From Infirmifilum sp. (GTDB lineage Archaea > Thermoproteota > Thermoprotei > Thermofilales > Thermofilaceae): a DNA stretch of 64,000 nucleotides. Within the stretch, counting starts at the first letter, position 1. Every line of letters starts with the position of its first letter. This document shows positions 49,065 to 59,242 of this stretch, in pieces. The notes under the pieces are model-generated. The model saw only the letters and a program-made list of their open reading frames with translations. It made no database searches and was not told where the DNA came from. Position numbers and translations under genes: made by a program. The stretch is taken from assembly GCA_041287245.1 (NCBI GenBank), contig JBEULP010000117.1:192001-256000 (forward strand). Direction: 5' to 3'.

Positions 49065-49661
49065 ATGCTTGATGAGAATGACCTGAAAGTATTGGAGGTT
49101 TTAATAAGATCTCCTAGAGCCACCATATCTGAAATCGCTCGGGAAACTGGACTAAGCCGCCCTACTGTTCGATCTAGACTTGAGAAGCTTCTCAAAAGTC
49201 AGCTCATAAAAGGGATTAGGCTGGAATTAGACGACGAAATACTTGGTGGGAAGACTTTCCTAGTATCGGTTTACAGTGAAAACCCCGAGGAAGCTTTTCA
49301 GGAGATTCTATCCCTGCCTGGTGTAGACGATGTTTTCATGGTTCAAGGGCGACCTAATATTCTCGCTTTCTTCCACGTGTATGATTTAGATTCATTGACT
49401 TGTATTATGGATCAGGTGAAAAAAATCGATAATCATGCAGAGGTTAAGCTTGTTCACAGGTGGAAAAGTGTTAACAATATTGTTGAGCGAATCGTAGCTA
49501 GCGGAAAAGGTGATCTACATTGCGAGACATGTGGAACCCGGATAAAAGGGAATCCTTACGTCTACGTTTACAGAAATAAAAAATACTTTTTCTGCTGTCC
49601 CGTCTGTAGACAAGAGTTTATAGAAAAGATAAGGAGAAATGAGCACAAAACCCAAGCATAA
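49065..49661 (+). CDS. Lrp/AsnC regulator with C-terminal TRASH domain (CopR/CopT-like)
   Basis: LDENDLKVL..HTH; CETCG..I...Y.FCCPVC. Confidence 0.85.
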   Translation: MLDENDLKVLEVLIRSPRATISEIARETGLSRPTVRSRLEKLLKSQLIKGIRLELDDEILGGKTFLVSVYSENPEEAFQEILSLPGVDDVFMVQGRPNILAFFHVYDLDSLTCIMDQVKKIDNHAEVKLVHRWKSVNNIVERIVASGKGDLHCETCGTRIKGNPYVYVYRNKKYFFCCPVCRQEFIEKIRRNEHKTQA

Positions 49662-49693
49662 AAAAATATTAATCATTTAACCTACTAGACCTC

Positions 49694-50791
49694 TTGATGA
49701 GCTACAAAATAGATGAAAAAGCCCTGGGATTTCTAAAGGAAGCGACTGAAGCTATAGGACCCTCCGGTTTCGAGGAACCAGTTTTAGCACTATTCAAAAA
49801 CCGTTACTCTGGGTATGCCGATGAAGTACGCCGAGACAATCTTGGCTCCATGGTGTTTGTGAAGAAAGGGAAGAGCGAGCAGCCCCGTGTCCTCGTAGCT
49901 GGACATGTGGACGAGGTAGGCTTCCTAGTCACAGGTATTACTAATGAAGGATTTGTAAATTTTACGACGCTAGGGGGGTGGTTTGAACAGGTTCTGCTTG
50001 CTCAGCGTGTTGTTATTAGGACAAGGAAAGGCGATGTGATCGGCGTCATAGCCAGTAAGCCGCCTCACCTCCTCACTCCTGATGAACGGCAGAAGGTTGT
50101 ACAGTTCAGCCAGATGTTCATAGACGTGGGGGCTACAAGCAAGGAGGAAGCCGAGAGCCTAGGAATAAGGGTTGGAGACCCCGTAGCCCCCTGGTCTCCA
50201 TTTACAATGACAAGGTTTGAGGATAGAATAATGGCTAAGGCTTTAGACGATAGGATAGGAGCATTCATGGCTTTGGAGGCTCTTAGGTTCCTTCGAGAAC
50301 AACACATAGAACATCCGAACACATACTACGCGGCAGCCACGGTTCAAGAAGAAGTGGGACTTAGGGGTGCTGAGACTGTTGGCTGGATTGCAGATCATGA
50401 CATTGCAATCGTAACAGAGGTTGATATTGCCGGTGACGTTCCAGGGATTAAACCAAACGAGGCTCAGGCTAAAGTAGGCAAGGGACCTACAATCGTGACG
50501 TTTGACAGATCCATGATACCTAACCAGAAACTTAAGGAATTCGTCATAGAGGTTGCAGAGGAGTGTAAAATCCCATACCAGCTATCCGCAGTATCAGGTG
50601 GAACTGATGCTGGTAGGCTCCACTTATACAGAGGAGGGCGTCCCAGTATTGTGATCGGAGTTCCGACGCGTCACATTCACAGCCATGTGAGTATTCTCAG
50701 CTTGAAGGATGTCGAGAATGCTGTAAATCTGATAGTTGAGCTTCTGAAAAGGCTGGATGAGAAGACTGTCAGGGGATTCAGATACGTATAA
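49694..50791 (+). CDS. M42-family (TET) aminopeptidase
   Basis: GPSGFE, GHVDEVG, KALDDR, VQEEVGLRGA, GGTDAG, HIHS. Confidence 0.93.
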   Translation: MMSYKIDEKALGFLKEATEAIGPSGFEEPVLALFKNRYSGYADEVRRDNLGSMVFVKKGKSEQPRVLVAGHVDEVGFLVTGITNEGFVNFTTLGGWFEQVLLAQRVVIRTRKGDVIGVIASKPPHLLTPDERQKVVQFSQMFIDVGATSKEEAESLGIRVGDPVAPWSPFTMTRFEDRIMAKALDDRIGAFMALEALRFLREQHIEHPNTYYAAATVQEEVGLRGAETVGWIADHDIAIVTEVDIAGDVPGIKPNEAQAKVGKGPTIVTFDRSMIPNQKLKEFVIEVAEECKIPYQLSAVSGGTDAGRLHLYRGGRPSIVIGVPTRHIHSHVSILSLKDVENAVNLIVELLKRLDEKTVRGFRYV

Positions 50792-50989
50792 CGTTCTGAA
50801 AAGGCTCACGCTGTGGTTTTTCTCCATTATTGATGGTATAACATTTAGAGGGTTCTAGCAGGAGCTATAAAAATATTTTTATCATTTTGAATATGCTATA
50901 GAAAGTACATAAAAGAAACTATTAAGAGGGTGTATTGTATTCAATTTTTTGACGGAAAACTTAAAAATAATAAAGTTAGCTGGAAAGCC

Positions 50990-51844
50990 ATGCTCGATAT
51001 TCAGGAGGTAGCAGTCTTAGGGGCTGGAAAAATTGGAAGCTGTATAATCAAGGCTCTGATTGAGAACGATATACGGGTTATAGCGACCGGTAGGAGTTTA
51101 GAGACGTTGAAGAATGCCGAGAGACTTGGAGCTGTATCCACTCGGGATAATAGGAAAGCCGTTGAAAGCTCCGATCTTATAATAATTAGCGTCAAGCCCT
51201 ATCATTTTCCGCAGCTTATTAAAGAAACAGGTATGGACGTATGGGATAAAAAGACGGTTGTATCGGTAATGGCAGGTGTAACATTATCCACCCTCCAAGG
51301 GGTTCTCGAAGGAGCTGAGGTCTACAGAGCCATGCCTAACCTAAATGCCTACGTCGGAAGGTCGACCACCGCGATAGCAGAGAACGGCTCCGGCGTACAT
51401 AAAAATACCGTAGAGGCGCTTTTCCGGCTTATAGGTACCACCTTTTGGGTGCCCGAGGAGTATCTTGACGTGTGGACAGGGCTCGCAGGTAGTGGTCCAG
51501 CCTTTTTAGCGGAAATAATCGATGCACTGGCTATGGGTGCAGTCGCCTCAGGTCTAAGTCGAGAACTCGCTTACAAAGCGATACTGGATGTTCTCGAGGG
51601 CACGGCGATATACTTGAAGACGCGGGGAAACATACATCCAGCCCAGCTTCGAGACGAGGTCGCTACTCCAGCGGGGACTACGATCAGGGGGCTTACTGTT
51701 CTTGAGTCTAGAGGTGTAAAGGCTGCGCTGATAGAACTTGTAGAGCAGGCCTCTAAAAGATCTAAAGAGATAGGAAATGATGTGAACAAGAAGGTTAAGG
51801 AGGAATTAATTGGTTTGCTACAGCAGACCAAAAAGAAAAAATAG
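50990..51844 (+). CDS. proC: Pyrroline-5-carboxylate reductase
   Basis: GAGKIG, VKP, RAMPN, GSGPAF, V.TPAGTT. Confidence 0.93.
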   Translation: MLDIQEVAVLGAGKIGSCIIKALIENDIRVIATGRSLETLKNAERLGAVSTRDNRKAVESSDLIIISVKPYHFPQLIKETGMDVWDKKTVVSVMAGVTLSTLQGVLEGAEVYRAMPNLNAYVGRSTTAIAENGSGVHKNTVEALFRLIGTTFWVPEEYLDVWTGLAGSGPAFLAEIIDALAMGAVASGLSRELAYKAILDVLEGTAIYLKTRGNIHPAQLRDEVATPAGTTIRGLTVLESRGVKAALIELVEQASKRSKEIGNDVNKKVKEELIGLLQQTKKKK

Positions 51845-51865
51845 TAGGGAAAATTAATTCAGTTT

Positions 51866-52759
51866 ATGTGTAGTCGAGAACAACTTGACAGGATGCTCTA
51901 CTTCCTTACAATTCTTCTAATAGTTTCACCACTGATTGCCTATATTTCAGGATTTTGGATCACCTACTGGAAACTAGTAACATTGCTAGGGGAAGAGCAG
52001 GGCTATGTTGCACTGGCAACCCTAGCATACATTCTAGTTTCACCAATTCTCGGCTACGTCATGCTCCTTTCACTTTTATCTTCGGCGTGGATCAACGTTT
52101 TCCTAAAGAACACATTGCAATTACCTCGGCCACCCCCTGACCAGTGGAAGATAAGCGCGGAGGGCTATGGCTTTCCAAGCGGCCACGCCCAAACATCCAC
52201 AGCATTCTGGACCGCTGGCTATCTCTACTACAAGAGGCCGTCAATAGCTGTTTTCAGCATGTCGCTGATTACCTTGATCTCAATTTCAAGAATAGTGTTA
52301 GGAGTTCACTATCCACGCGACGTAATAGGAGGTGCTCTCATAGGGCTTACGGTAACCCTACCAATCTACTTCTTATCCATGAGGTTGTTTCTTTTAAAGA
52401 AAAAATATGCATCAACCGCGCTCCTTGCGTATAGTTTCTTTGTTCTATTTTTATCTCAATTACTATCCGACTTAACGCTCCTAAGAGTGGCCGGGGTCAT
52501 AGCTGGCGCATCGGTATTTCCTTATATTCGCGAGCAGCTGAAACTGCCAGAGAGCCTTTCCCTACGACTTCTTCTAGCTGTAGGTGTACTTGCATTGTCG
52601 TTTGCTCTAACATGGATAGCAAGGTTCCTTCAGCCACCTCTTCAGTTTGCGACGTATGCCCTGATAGCTCTTATTATTACAACTTCCCCACTCGTTACAA
52701 AGCATTTAGTGTCGGCTTTTACCCCTAGAGTTAAATTTTTAAGGACACAGTTTTATTAA
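51866..52759 (+). CDS. PAP2-family phosphatase
   Basis: K.....RP, FPSGHA, SRI.LGVHYP.D. Confidence 0.9.
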   Translation: MCSREQLDRMLYFLTILLIVSPLIAYISGFWITYWKLVTLLGEEQGYVALATLAYILVSPILGYVMLLSLLSSAWINVFLKNTLQLPRPPPDQWKISAEGYGFPSGHAQTSTAFWTAGYLYYKRPSIAVFSMSLITLISISRIVLGVHYPRDVIGGALIGLTVTLPIYFLSMRLFLLKKKYASTALLAYSFFVLFLSQLLSDLTLLRVAGVIAGASVFPYIREQLKLPESLSLRLLLAVGVLALSFALTWIARFLQPPLQFATYALIALIITTSPLVTKHLVSAFTPRVKFLRTQFY

Positions 52760-52771
52760 TAATAGATAATA

Positions 52772-53104
52772 ATGAACACTTCATTGGTGCAAGAAGATAG
52801 GATCAAAAATCAAGGTATTTTCCAAGAAACTGTGTCCCCTCTGGCGCTTCATGTTAGACTTGCGCTTGAGACATTCTCAGAACAATTGCAAAAAGATTTC
52901 CCAAATCTTAATACTCGTGAGCTTCTAGAGCTTCTAGAAGAAATCCTAAAGAAAAATGACATAAACCTAGAGGTTTCTACAGAACCTCTACCTTTAAAGC
53001 CTTTTTTAATGGTGACGAAAAAACCATTCTCAATACAGCTTCACACCAGATCGAATATATATGAGATATGGCCAACTTTGAGAAAAATATCTGGTACAGT
53101 ATAA
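52772..53104 (+). CDS. Hypothetical protein
   Basis: 110-aa ORF filling the gap. Confidence 0.5.
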   Translation: MNTSLVQEDRIKNQGIFQETVSPLALHVRLALETFSEQLQKDFPNLNTRELLELLEEILKKNDINLEVSTEPLPLKPFLMVTKKPFSIQLHTRSNIYEIWPTLRKISGTV

Positions 53105-53112
53105 TGATTCTG

Positions 53113-54189
53113 TTAAAGAACTTTGACGAGCTTACCCCACTCGGGGAACATGCTTCCCAGACCGGGGTCGGATCCTACTCTCCGAAAACCTTTTTCAATG
53201 CTGGCTCCCCCTCTGAAAACCCTCTCCGCTGCTAGAAGATCGCAGTCCATGTCGTAGAATTGAATGTTTCTGATTGCCTGTGCAAGATGTACGTGTGCAG
53301 TTATCCCAAGTGTTGACTCGCCATAGCAACCTATCATGTTTTTTACACCTGCAGACTCGCTAATGTATGCAACGCGTAAAGCCCCTGTTATTCCTCTAGT
53401 CTTCATTAACTTTATATTAATAATATCTGCAGCCTCAAATTCAACTGCCTTTAACGCGTCTTGGGGCGTCTTAACGCTCTCGTCAAGTGCTATTGGTATT
53501 GGGCTTTCATGTTTGATTAGCCTTAATCCTTCTAGATTATCCCATCTAGTGGGCTGCTCCACTAGCTCGACCTCATAAGAAGAAATCCTGTCTATAACGT
53601 GTATAGCCTCTTCTACACTCCAGCCTTGGTTTGCGTCTACCCTAATCCTAACATCTTCTCCCACCGCGTCTCGTACTTTACGAACCCTCTCAATGTCTTT
53701 CTCAGGCTCTAATCCCAGCTTTAGTTTTAGGATCCTGAAACCGTTTTCGACGTGATGTAGTGCTCTCTTAGCCATTTCTTCCGGCTCCATGATGCCTATT
53801 GAGATGTCTGTTTCAATGGATTCCCTGTAACCACCCAAGATTTTCCAGAGAGCCTGTCCGTGACTCTTCGCATAAAGATCTAGCATTGCAATGTTTAGTG
53901 CAGCTGCCAAGGAACTTGATACTTTCAGGCTCCATGTGTATTCATGGATCTTTTCTAGGCTTGTATATTCAACATTAATCTCGCTAAGTTTTCTAACTTC
54001 TTCGACTATAGACTCAAAGCTTTCACCTAGAACGCTTCTGGAAGGACAAGCCTCGCCCCACCCTTCCAGGCCATCAGGTGTTGAGAGCCGAATAACTAAA
54101 GTCCTGCTTTTTTCTGAGGTTCCGGTGGAGATGCGGAATGGCTCTAATAGGGGAACCTCAACCCTCCAGGCTTCAACTCTAAGCATCAA
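53113..54189 (-). CDS. Dipeptide (L-Ala-D/L-Glu) epimerase, enolase superfamily
   Basis: GWGEA, KLKLG, RVDANQGW, EQP, DES, NIKLMK, DMD. Confidence 0.88.
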   Translation of the reverse strand: MMLRVEAWRVEVPLLEPFRISTGTSEKSRTLVIRLSTPDGLEGWGEACPSRSVLGESFESIVEEVRKLSEINVEYTSLEKIHEYTWSLKVSSSLAAALNIAMLDLYAKSHGQALWKILGGYRESIETDISIGIMEPEEMAKRALHHVENGFRILKLKLGLEPEKDIERVRKVRDAVGEDVRIRVDANQGWSVEEAIHVIDRISSYEVELVEQPTRWDNLEGLRLIKHESPIPIALDESVKTPQDALKAVEFEAADIINIKLMKTRGITGALRVAYISESAGVKNMIGCYGESTLGITAHVHLAQAIRNIQFYDMDCDLLAAERVFRGGASIEKGFRRVGSDPGLGSMFPEWGKLVKVL

Positions 54190-54319
54190 TATTGTGAGTA
54201 CATCTGTCGCTTATTTGTTTATCTGGAGATATGGACGCTAATACTACTTTTAAACTACGGCTGTAGATTTAGATTTTTGCAATGTCATAGATAAAAGTAA
54301 TAGAGACAGTATCGTAAGT

Positions 54320-55270
54320 GTGTATACTAGGCTACTCAGTTTAGATATGCTCTCAGACATTGAAAATCTTCCTAGAAAGTATAGAGACTATGCGTGGGCA
54401 TCTATTGCTAGAGCGGCCGGTAGACTTGGCTCCGACTATGAGAGCTATCTCGCAGAAATACGCAATGGATTTTTAAGGTCTTATGTTCAGGCGGAGCTTC
54501 CACTATACGATTATCTCTACTTTGAAAAGGCTTTAAAGAGCGTTTTAGCGGAGCTTCCAAATCTCAGGTATATCGAGAAAATTTATGTGTTATCCAGGCT
54601 GGCTGAAACCTCTTTTCTTTTATCTCGCGAAGAGTATCGCGAGTTTCTCGCAACTGCTCTAAACTATCTGCCTCCTCTCGGATATTCGGGAAAGGCTAGG
54701 CTTTCACTGGCACTTTCAAGATGCGGCATGTTTTCTGAGGCTCTCCGATTGCTTTCCGGCTACAGTGGTGGGAGGAAGGCATCCATTCTCGTCGAGCTTT
54801 CACTCGTGAGACAATTTGATAATGATCTTCTCGAGAAAACCATTGAGATGATAAGAAAGTTGAGAGATACCAAGAGAAAGATAGTTCTTTATTCGAGGCT
54901 TGCGAAACACCCCCTTTATAGCGAGACAGATGCTCCCAAGATTCAAGACCTAGCCCTAAGGCTCCCTCTAGGGGATACCCTTCAAGACACTTATATCTCT
55001 CTTCTCGTTGCTCGAAATTTAGGAGAGAGTGGACTCAAAAGCGAATTAAAATCTGCCATTGAACAGGTTATTAGGGGCATTCCACCTCTTGACCTTCTAC
55101 CCATAGATTTTGCCGAGCTGGCTGTCGAGGCTGCCTACTATGCGCGGGGGTTCGAAGGGGCACTGGACTTCGCCTCGCAATCTGAATTTTATTCTCTACT
55201 AGCGGCCCATCTTGTAGATTATGTTTCCCAGGTTTCGATCGAAAAGCACCTTCAAAAAAAGGTGGAGTAA
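54320..55270 (+). CDS. Hypothetical alpha-helical repeat-like protein
   Basis: 316-aa Leu/Ala-rich helical ORF. Confidence 0.6.
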   Translation: MYTRLLSLDMLSDIENLPRKYRDYAWASIARAAGRLGSDYESYLAEIRNGFLRSYVQAELPLYDYLYFEKALKSVLAELPNLRYIEKIYVLSRLAETSFLLSREEYREFLATALNYLPPLGYSGKARLSLALSRCGMFSEALRLLSGYSGGRKASILVELSLVRQFDNDLLEKTIEMIRKLRDTKRKIVLYSRLAKHPLYSETDAPKIQDLALRLPLGDTLQDTYISLLVARNLGESGLKSELKSAIEQVIRGIPPLDLLPIDFAELAVEAAYYARGFEGALDFASQSEFYSLLAAHLVDYVSQVSIEKHLQKKVE

Positions 55271-55313
55271 ACCCCATAAAACTCTTATAGGATTAGAAGC
55301 TCTTAATGATTTA

Positions 55314-56042
55314 ATGTACATTACAATCTCCTTTGAGGATAACCTAGAAATACCTGCTGTAGTATTTGACAAAGATTTCTACGAGAAGCTGAAGGCGTCC
55401 CTACCTATCACCTCCCGTACTCTCACATGGAAAGAGGAAGTATACTTCGAGACAAGTATCGAGTTTAAAGGACAAACTGTGACAAGAGTGCCAAGCGGGG
55501 CTCTCGCATACTGGCCGCCTGGAAAAGCTCTCTGCTTGTTTGCGTGGGCAAACCAGCCCTACGGACCAGTTAATCATCTAGGGTGGTTTTTAGGTCCTAA
55601 ACACTACGTCTTTGAAATCGACGAGGACGAGGGTGTAAACGTGACACTTAGCGATCCTGTAGCTTATTCCACAAAACTCAGAGCGCTTTCCGAACAGCTG
55701 CAATCTACCGGGTTGTTCGCGGCTCCAAGAAAATGGGGCGAAGTCGAAAGTGTTGTCGGAGCCTATGCTAAGCATAACATACGCGTCGGCTTCGAGGTTT
55801 TCGCGGAGGACTTCGGCTATATAATCGAGTCTGACCCTATATATGAGAGGGATTTTTCAGCCTTGGATGAGGCTTTAGAGTATAGGATGCGCAGGGTTGT
55901 GAAAAGCCGGGTAGACACAAACGAAGATGGCTATGTTATACTCTCAGAATTTGTTTATCCAGGGCAGAACATAAGCGACGCTGTGCAACAGGTTGTTAAA
56001 GATTACATTAAGGTTATTGATATCTTAGGCTTAATTGGGTGA
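55314..56042 (+). CDS. Cyclophilin-like (DUF369-type) protein with extra C-terminal domain
   Basis: LPI...TWKEEVYF, AYWPPGKALCLF, PV..LG. Confidence 0.75.
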   Translation: MYITISFEDNLEIPAVVFDKDFYEKLKASLPITSRTLTWKEEVYFETSIEFKGQTVTRVPSGALAYWPPGKALCLFAWANQPYGPVNHLGWFLGPKHYVFEIDEDEGVNVTLSDPVAYSTKLRALSEQLQSTGLFAAPRKWGEVESVVGAYAKHNIRVGFEVFAEDFGYIIESDPIYERDFSALDEALEYRMRRVVKSRVDTNEDGYVILSEFVYPGQNISDAVQQVVKDYIKVIDILGLIG

Positions 56043-56474
56043 ATGACTATTAAAGTTGTTCTCTGGGCTCTGGACTTTACCCCCAATAAGTATTTAGAAG
56101 ATATATTGTCTTCACAACTTCGCGAAGAGGTCGTTTTCATCGGAGTTGGTGCTCTTCAGACTGCCGATGAGATACTTTCTGCAATGAAGGAGTTAAAGGC
56201 TAGCGAGGTGGTGACTGCTATAGAGGATCCTTGCGAAGTTCAAAAACTTCTTGATGAGGGTGTACAACCGCTTGTTGCTATAATAGAAGAGATTTGTAAC
56301 GTGACGGCACTGGAAGAATGCAAAGAATATGATCCTTCGCGGGATATAGTGGTGGAAGATGGAGGAAAGGTTGTCGTCCTCAGAGTTCATGAGTTTTCCA
56401 GAATAATAGATATAATGTTCCAACTTGTTGAGCCTCATGAAAGACACGAACACGAAGAGGGGGAACAGGAGTAA
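56043..56474 (+). CDS. Hypothetical acidic protein
   Basis: 143-aa ORF starting immediately after the previous stop. Confidence 0.65.
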   Translation: MTIKVVLWALDFTPNKYLEDILSSQLREEVVFIGVGALQTADEILSAMKELKASEVVTAIEDPCEVQKLLDEGVQPLVAIIEEICNVTALEECKEYDPSRDIVVEDGGKVVVLRVHEFSRIIDIMFQLVEPHERHEHEEGEQE

Positions 56475-56488
56475 AAATTTTTTATTTT

Positions 56489-56866
56489 TTAGACAACTTT
56501 TATTTCTTTTCTTCCCTCCCAAAGTCCATGAAGGTTACAGTATTCGATAGCATGGATTGTCCCGCTCTTTTTAAGAGTGATTTTTAGGTTGACTTCCGGC
56601 TCGCTATACTCAGGCTCAAAGTGTACGCGTGCTAACAGAATAGGATTGAAGGCGCGGCCCTCCTCCTCGAAGTAAACCTCAACCCAACGAATAGAGTGTT
56701 GAATCGTGTTTGGGTGTGGTCCCACGCTTATCTTAAGGGTGAAGGGTTCTCCGGCTTTCACCTGATCAGGCGCTTCGATTTTAGGGGTGTGTGTCTCAAC
56801 CTTCGATATGGCTTCGCCTGAAGCTGCCTCAGGAGTGTAAATAAGGTCTCCTAACTTTTTAGTCAT
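56489..56866 (-). CDS. sor: Superoxide reductase (neelaredoxin-type, 1Fe)
   Basis: ETHTP, PHP...HSI.W, YCNLHGLW. Confidence 0.92.
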   Translation of the reverse strand: MTKKLGDLIYTPEAASGEAISKVETHTPKIEAPDQVKAGEPFTLKISVGPHPNTIQHSIRWVEVYFEEEGRAFNPILLARVHFEPEYSEPEVNLKITLKKSGTIHAIEYCNLHGLWEGRKEIKVV

Positions 56867-56959
56867 TTTCTCGCCAGTCTTTAAGATGCAACAACGAAAT
56901 AAAAATTTTTGTTTTTAAAAGGTAAACTTAACTAACCTGTGAGTTTTTAATCCTAGGGG

Positions 56960-57853
56960 ATGGTTACGAAGATGCTCAGAAAGGGGGTGTTACTCGCTGC
57001 TGGACTAGGGACTAGACTGGTTCCTTATAGTAAAGAAATGCCAAAGGAGATGTTACCTATCTTTGAAGGTGTTAATGGAAAAGTCTTCCTCAAGCCCATT
57101 ATCCAAAAAATATTTGAACAACTCTACGATGCTGGAGTGCGCGAGTTTTGTTTTATAGTAGGCAGGGGAAAGCGGGTTATAGAGGATCACTTTACACCGG
57201 ATTGGGCCTTTGTCGAGTACCTTGAAAATCACGGCAAGGAAGAATACGCGCAACTACTACGGGACTTCTACGGTAAAATCGAGTCTTCCTATATTGCCTG
57301 GGTTAACCAGCCAATCCCACGGGGGACAGGCCATGCAGTCTACATGGCGCGCACATTCGTAGGGGACGACTTTTTCTTTGCGGCGGCAGCAGACAATATT
57401 TTTATTGGAGAGAACGTTGCGTCGAGGCTTGCAGAGTTGTATAGCAGACTAGAATCCCCTGTCCTAGCCGTTAAGCGTGTAGCTGATCCTAGAAAATACG
57501 GAATTATAACAGGGAAGGAAATTGAAAATGGGATTTATGAGGTGGAGGGTGTTGTGGAGAAACCCAAGGTACCTGTATCTAACCTAGCGAATACAAGCCT
57601 CTATGTTTTTCCACCGGAAATTTTCAGAGCTATAGAAGAGTCGAAGCCGAGTCCTAGAGGCGAGCTCGAAATCACGGACTCAATACAGATACTTTTGAGC
57701 AGGGGCATTAAATTCTACGCATACGAGTCTAAGGCTGACTGGATCGACACAGGAACATGGGAAACATTTTTCCGGGCTATTGCGCTTTCCCTTAAACATA
57801 GTGGCGGATTTAATATTGTCTCGGACATCCTCGAGATACTAAGGGAGAAGTAA
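56960..57853 (+). CDS. galU: UTP--glucose-1-phosphate uridylyltransferase (GalU-like)
   Basis: AAGLGTR..P..K..PKEMLP, IEDHF, Q..P.GTGHAV, VEKP, GELEITD. Confidence 0.85.
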   Translation: MVTKMLRKGVLLAAGLGTRLVPYSKEMPKEMLPIFEGVNGKVFLKPIIQKIFEQLYDAGVREFCFIVGRGKRVIEDHFTPDWAFVEYLENHGKEEYAQLLRDFYGKIESSYIAWVNQPIPRGTGHAVYMARTFVGDDFFFAAAADNIFIGENVASRLAELYSRLESPVLAVKRVADPRKYGIITGKEIENGIYEVEGVVEKPKVPVSNLANTSLYVFPPEIFRAIEESKPSPRGELEITDSIQILLSRGIKFYAYESKADWIDTGTWETFFRAIALSLKHSGGFNIVSDILEILREK

Positions 57854-57897
57854 CACCCTAAATATTTTTTAACAAATAGAGTCAATAACTTGTACAG

Positions 57898-59241
57898 GTG
57901 GTTTTGATGAGAGCCAGTAGCACTCCAGTTCTCCCTAAAGCCCTCCTTGTAATTGAGGCTTTCTTTGGCGGTTTCTACGTTTCGATAACAAGGGGACTTT
58001 TTGTGCCTATGATGGCATACAGCGGCTATGATCTCAGCAAGCTATCCCTGATCTTCGTACCCACAGGCTTTGGAGGTATACTGCTTGCCCACCAATTGTA
58101 CACGAATCCAGAAGCTGCTACTTCACGTTTTAGATCTTTACTTCTAGTCACCCACCTTTCAGAGCGGATTCTATGGTTACTTCCTCCATTTCTCATTTCA
58201 AACCCGTACATCTTATCACTAGATTATCTGGCTGGAAACATGGTTTCAGTGACGGTTAGCATACTTCTCGGCGTTTTGATATACAGCATCTTCTCTAAAA
58301 AAGAGGTAGTTGAAGTGTCGGTTCACCGTTCCGCTGCTGGCGCTGCAGCCAGTCTTCTAGGCTCTTTTTTTATGACATATCTTTCAGCAGTTCAGACTGC
58401 CCCCTATTCATACATTGTGTCTTATACAACAGCTTTTCTCGCGGGGCTTGTAAGCACGGGAGCGCTTCTACTGCTGCCAACCATTCCTTTTAAAATTCAG
58501 GAGCTAAGCTCAGGGGGAAAAGCCGAGAAGGAGGCAAAGATAAAGGGAAGCGTAGTCTTTATTGTATTAGCGTTTCTCTTTGCTGGAAGCAACATGGTTG
58601 GCCTAGCGTGGAGCCCCTTACTGCTCCACCTTGGAGCTCCCGTTTATATTTCATTAGCCCTAACACTCTCTGGAAACATCGGAGGTCTTGTGGGGGCATA
58701 TCTCTGGAGGTCTTATCGAAGCTATCTTATAGCAATTAGTATAAACTCTTTCCTTACAGCTCTGATTCCCTATATTCCATACCCAGAAGTCCACATTTTT
58801 ATATCATTCCTCACTTCTCTGACATTTGCCGGTGCTAACCTCCTAGGGATGCAGGTCTTCGCAGAGTTAAATACCAGTCTCGGCAGAGTCAGGGCAGCAG
58901 CATTCCTAACGGGAGCAAACTATGCGGGGCTTCTGCTGGCTTCCTTAATTTCGTCTATGGGTGTTCTAAGTCCATTTACGGGTCTTTTAGTAGCCGGTCT
59001 TTTGAAACTTTTAGGCTTATTGATGGCAATGTTGGCTATTCCAGAGACAGCGATAATACCTGAGAGAAGAGCCTACGAGTATAGTAGGCTTATATATTCA
59101 ACCAGCGCGCTTGGCTATTTCTTTACCGTTCAAGCATCCAGAGAATTCATGAAATTCATGCTGGAGACCTTGGCTCTCACCCTTCTCTTAACAATCTTAT
59201 ATATTATATACCGTCTAAGCTGGATAATAATGGGGATATGA
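57898..59241 (+). CDS. MFS-like polytopic membrane protein
   Basis: About 12-13 hydrophobic segments; co-oriented between galU and GT2. Confidence 0.65.
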   Translation: MVLMRASSTPVLPKALLVIEAFFGGFYVSITRGLFVPMMAYSGYDLSKLSLIFVPTGFGGILLAHQLYTNPEAATSRFRSLLLVTHLSERILWLLPPFLISNPYILSLDYLAGNMVSVTVSILLGVLIYSIFSKKEVVEVSVHRSAAGAAASLLGSFFMTYLSAVQTAPYSYIVSYTTAFLAGLVSTGALLLLPTIPFKIQELSSGGKAEKEAKIKGSVVFIVLAFLFAGSNMVGLAWSPLLLHLGAPVYISLALTLSGNIGGLVGAYLWRSYRSYLIAISINSFLTALIPYIPYPEVHIFISFLTSLTFAGANLLGMQVFAELNTSLGRVRAAAFLTGANYAGLLLASLISSMGVLSPFTGLLVAGLLKLLGLLMAMLAIPETAIIPERRAYEYSRLIYSTSALGYFFTVQASREFMKFMLETLALTLLLTILYIIYRLSWIIMGI

Positions 59242-59242
59242 C

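Noticed and set aside
50742..50806. 13-bp direct repeat TTCTGAAAAGGCT at the aminopeptidase 3' end
   Set aside because: Single short duplication with no element between the copies; chance or local slippage
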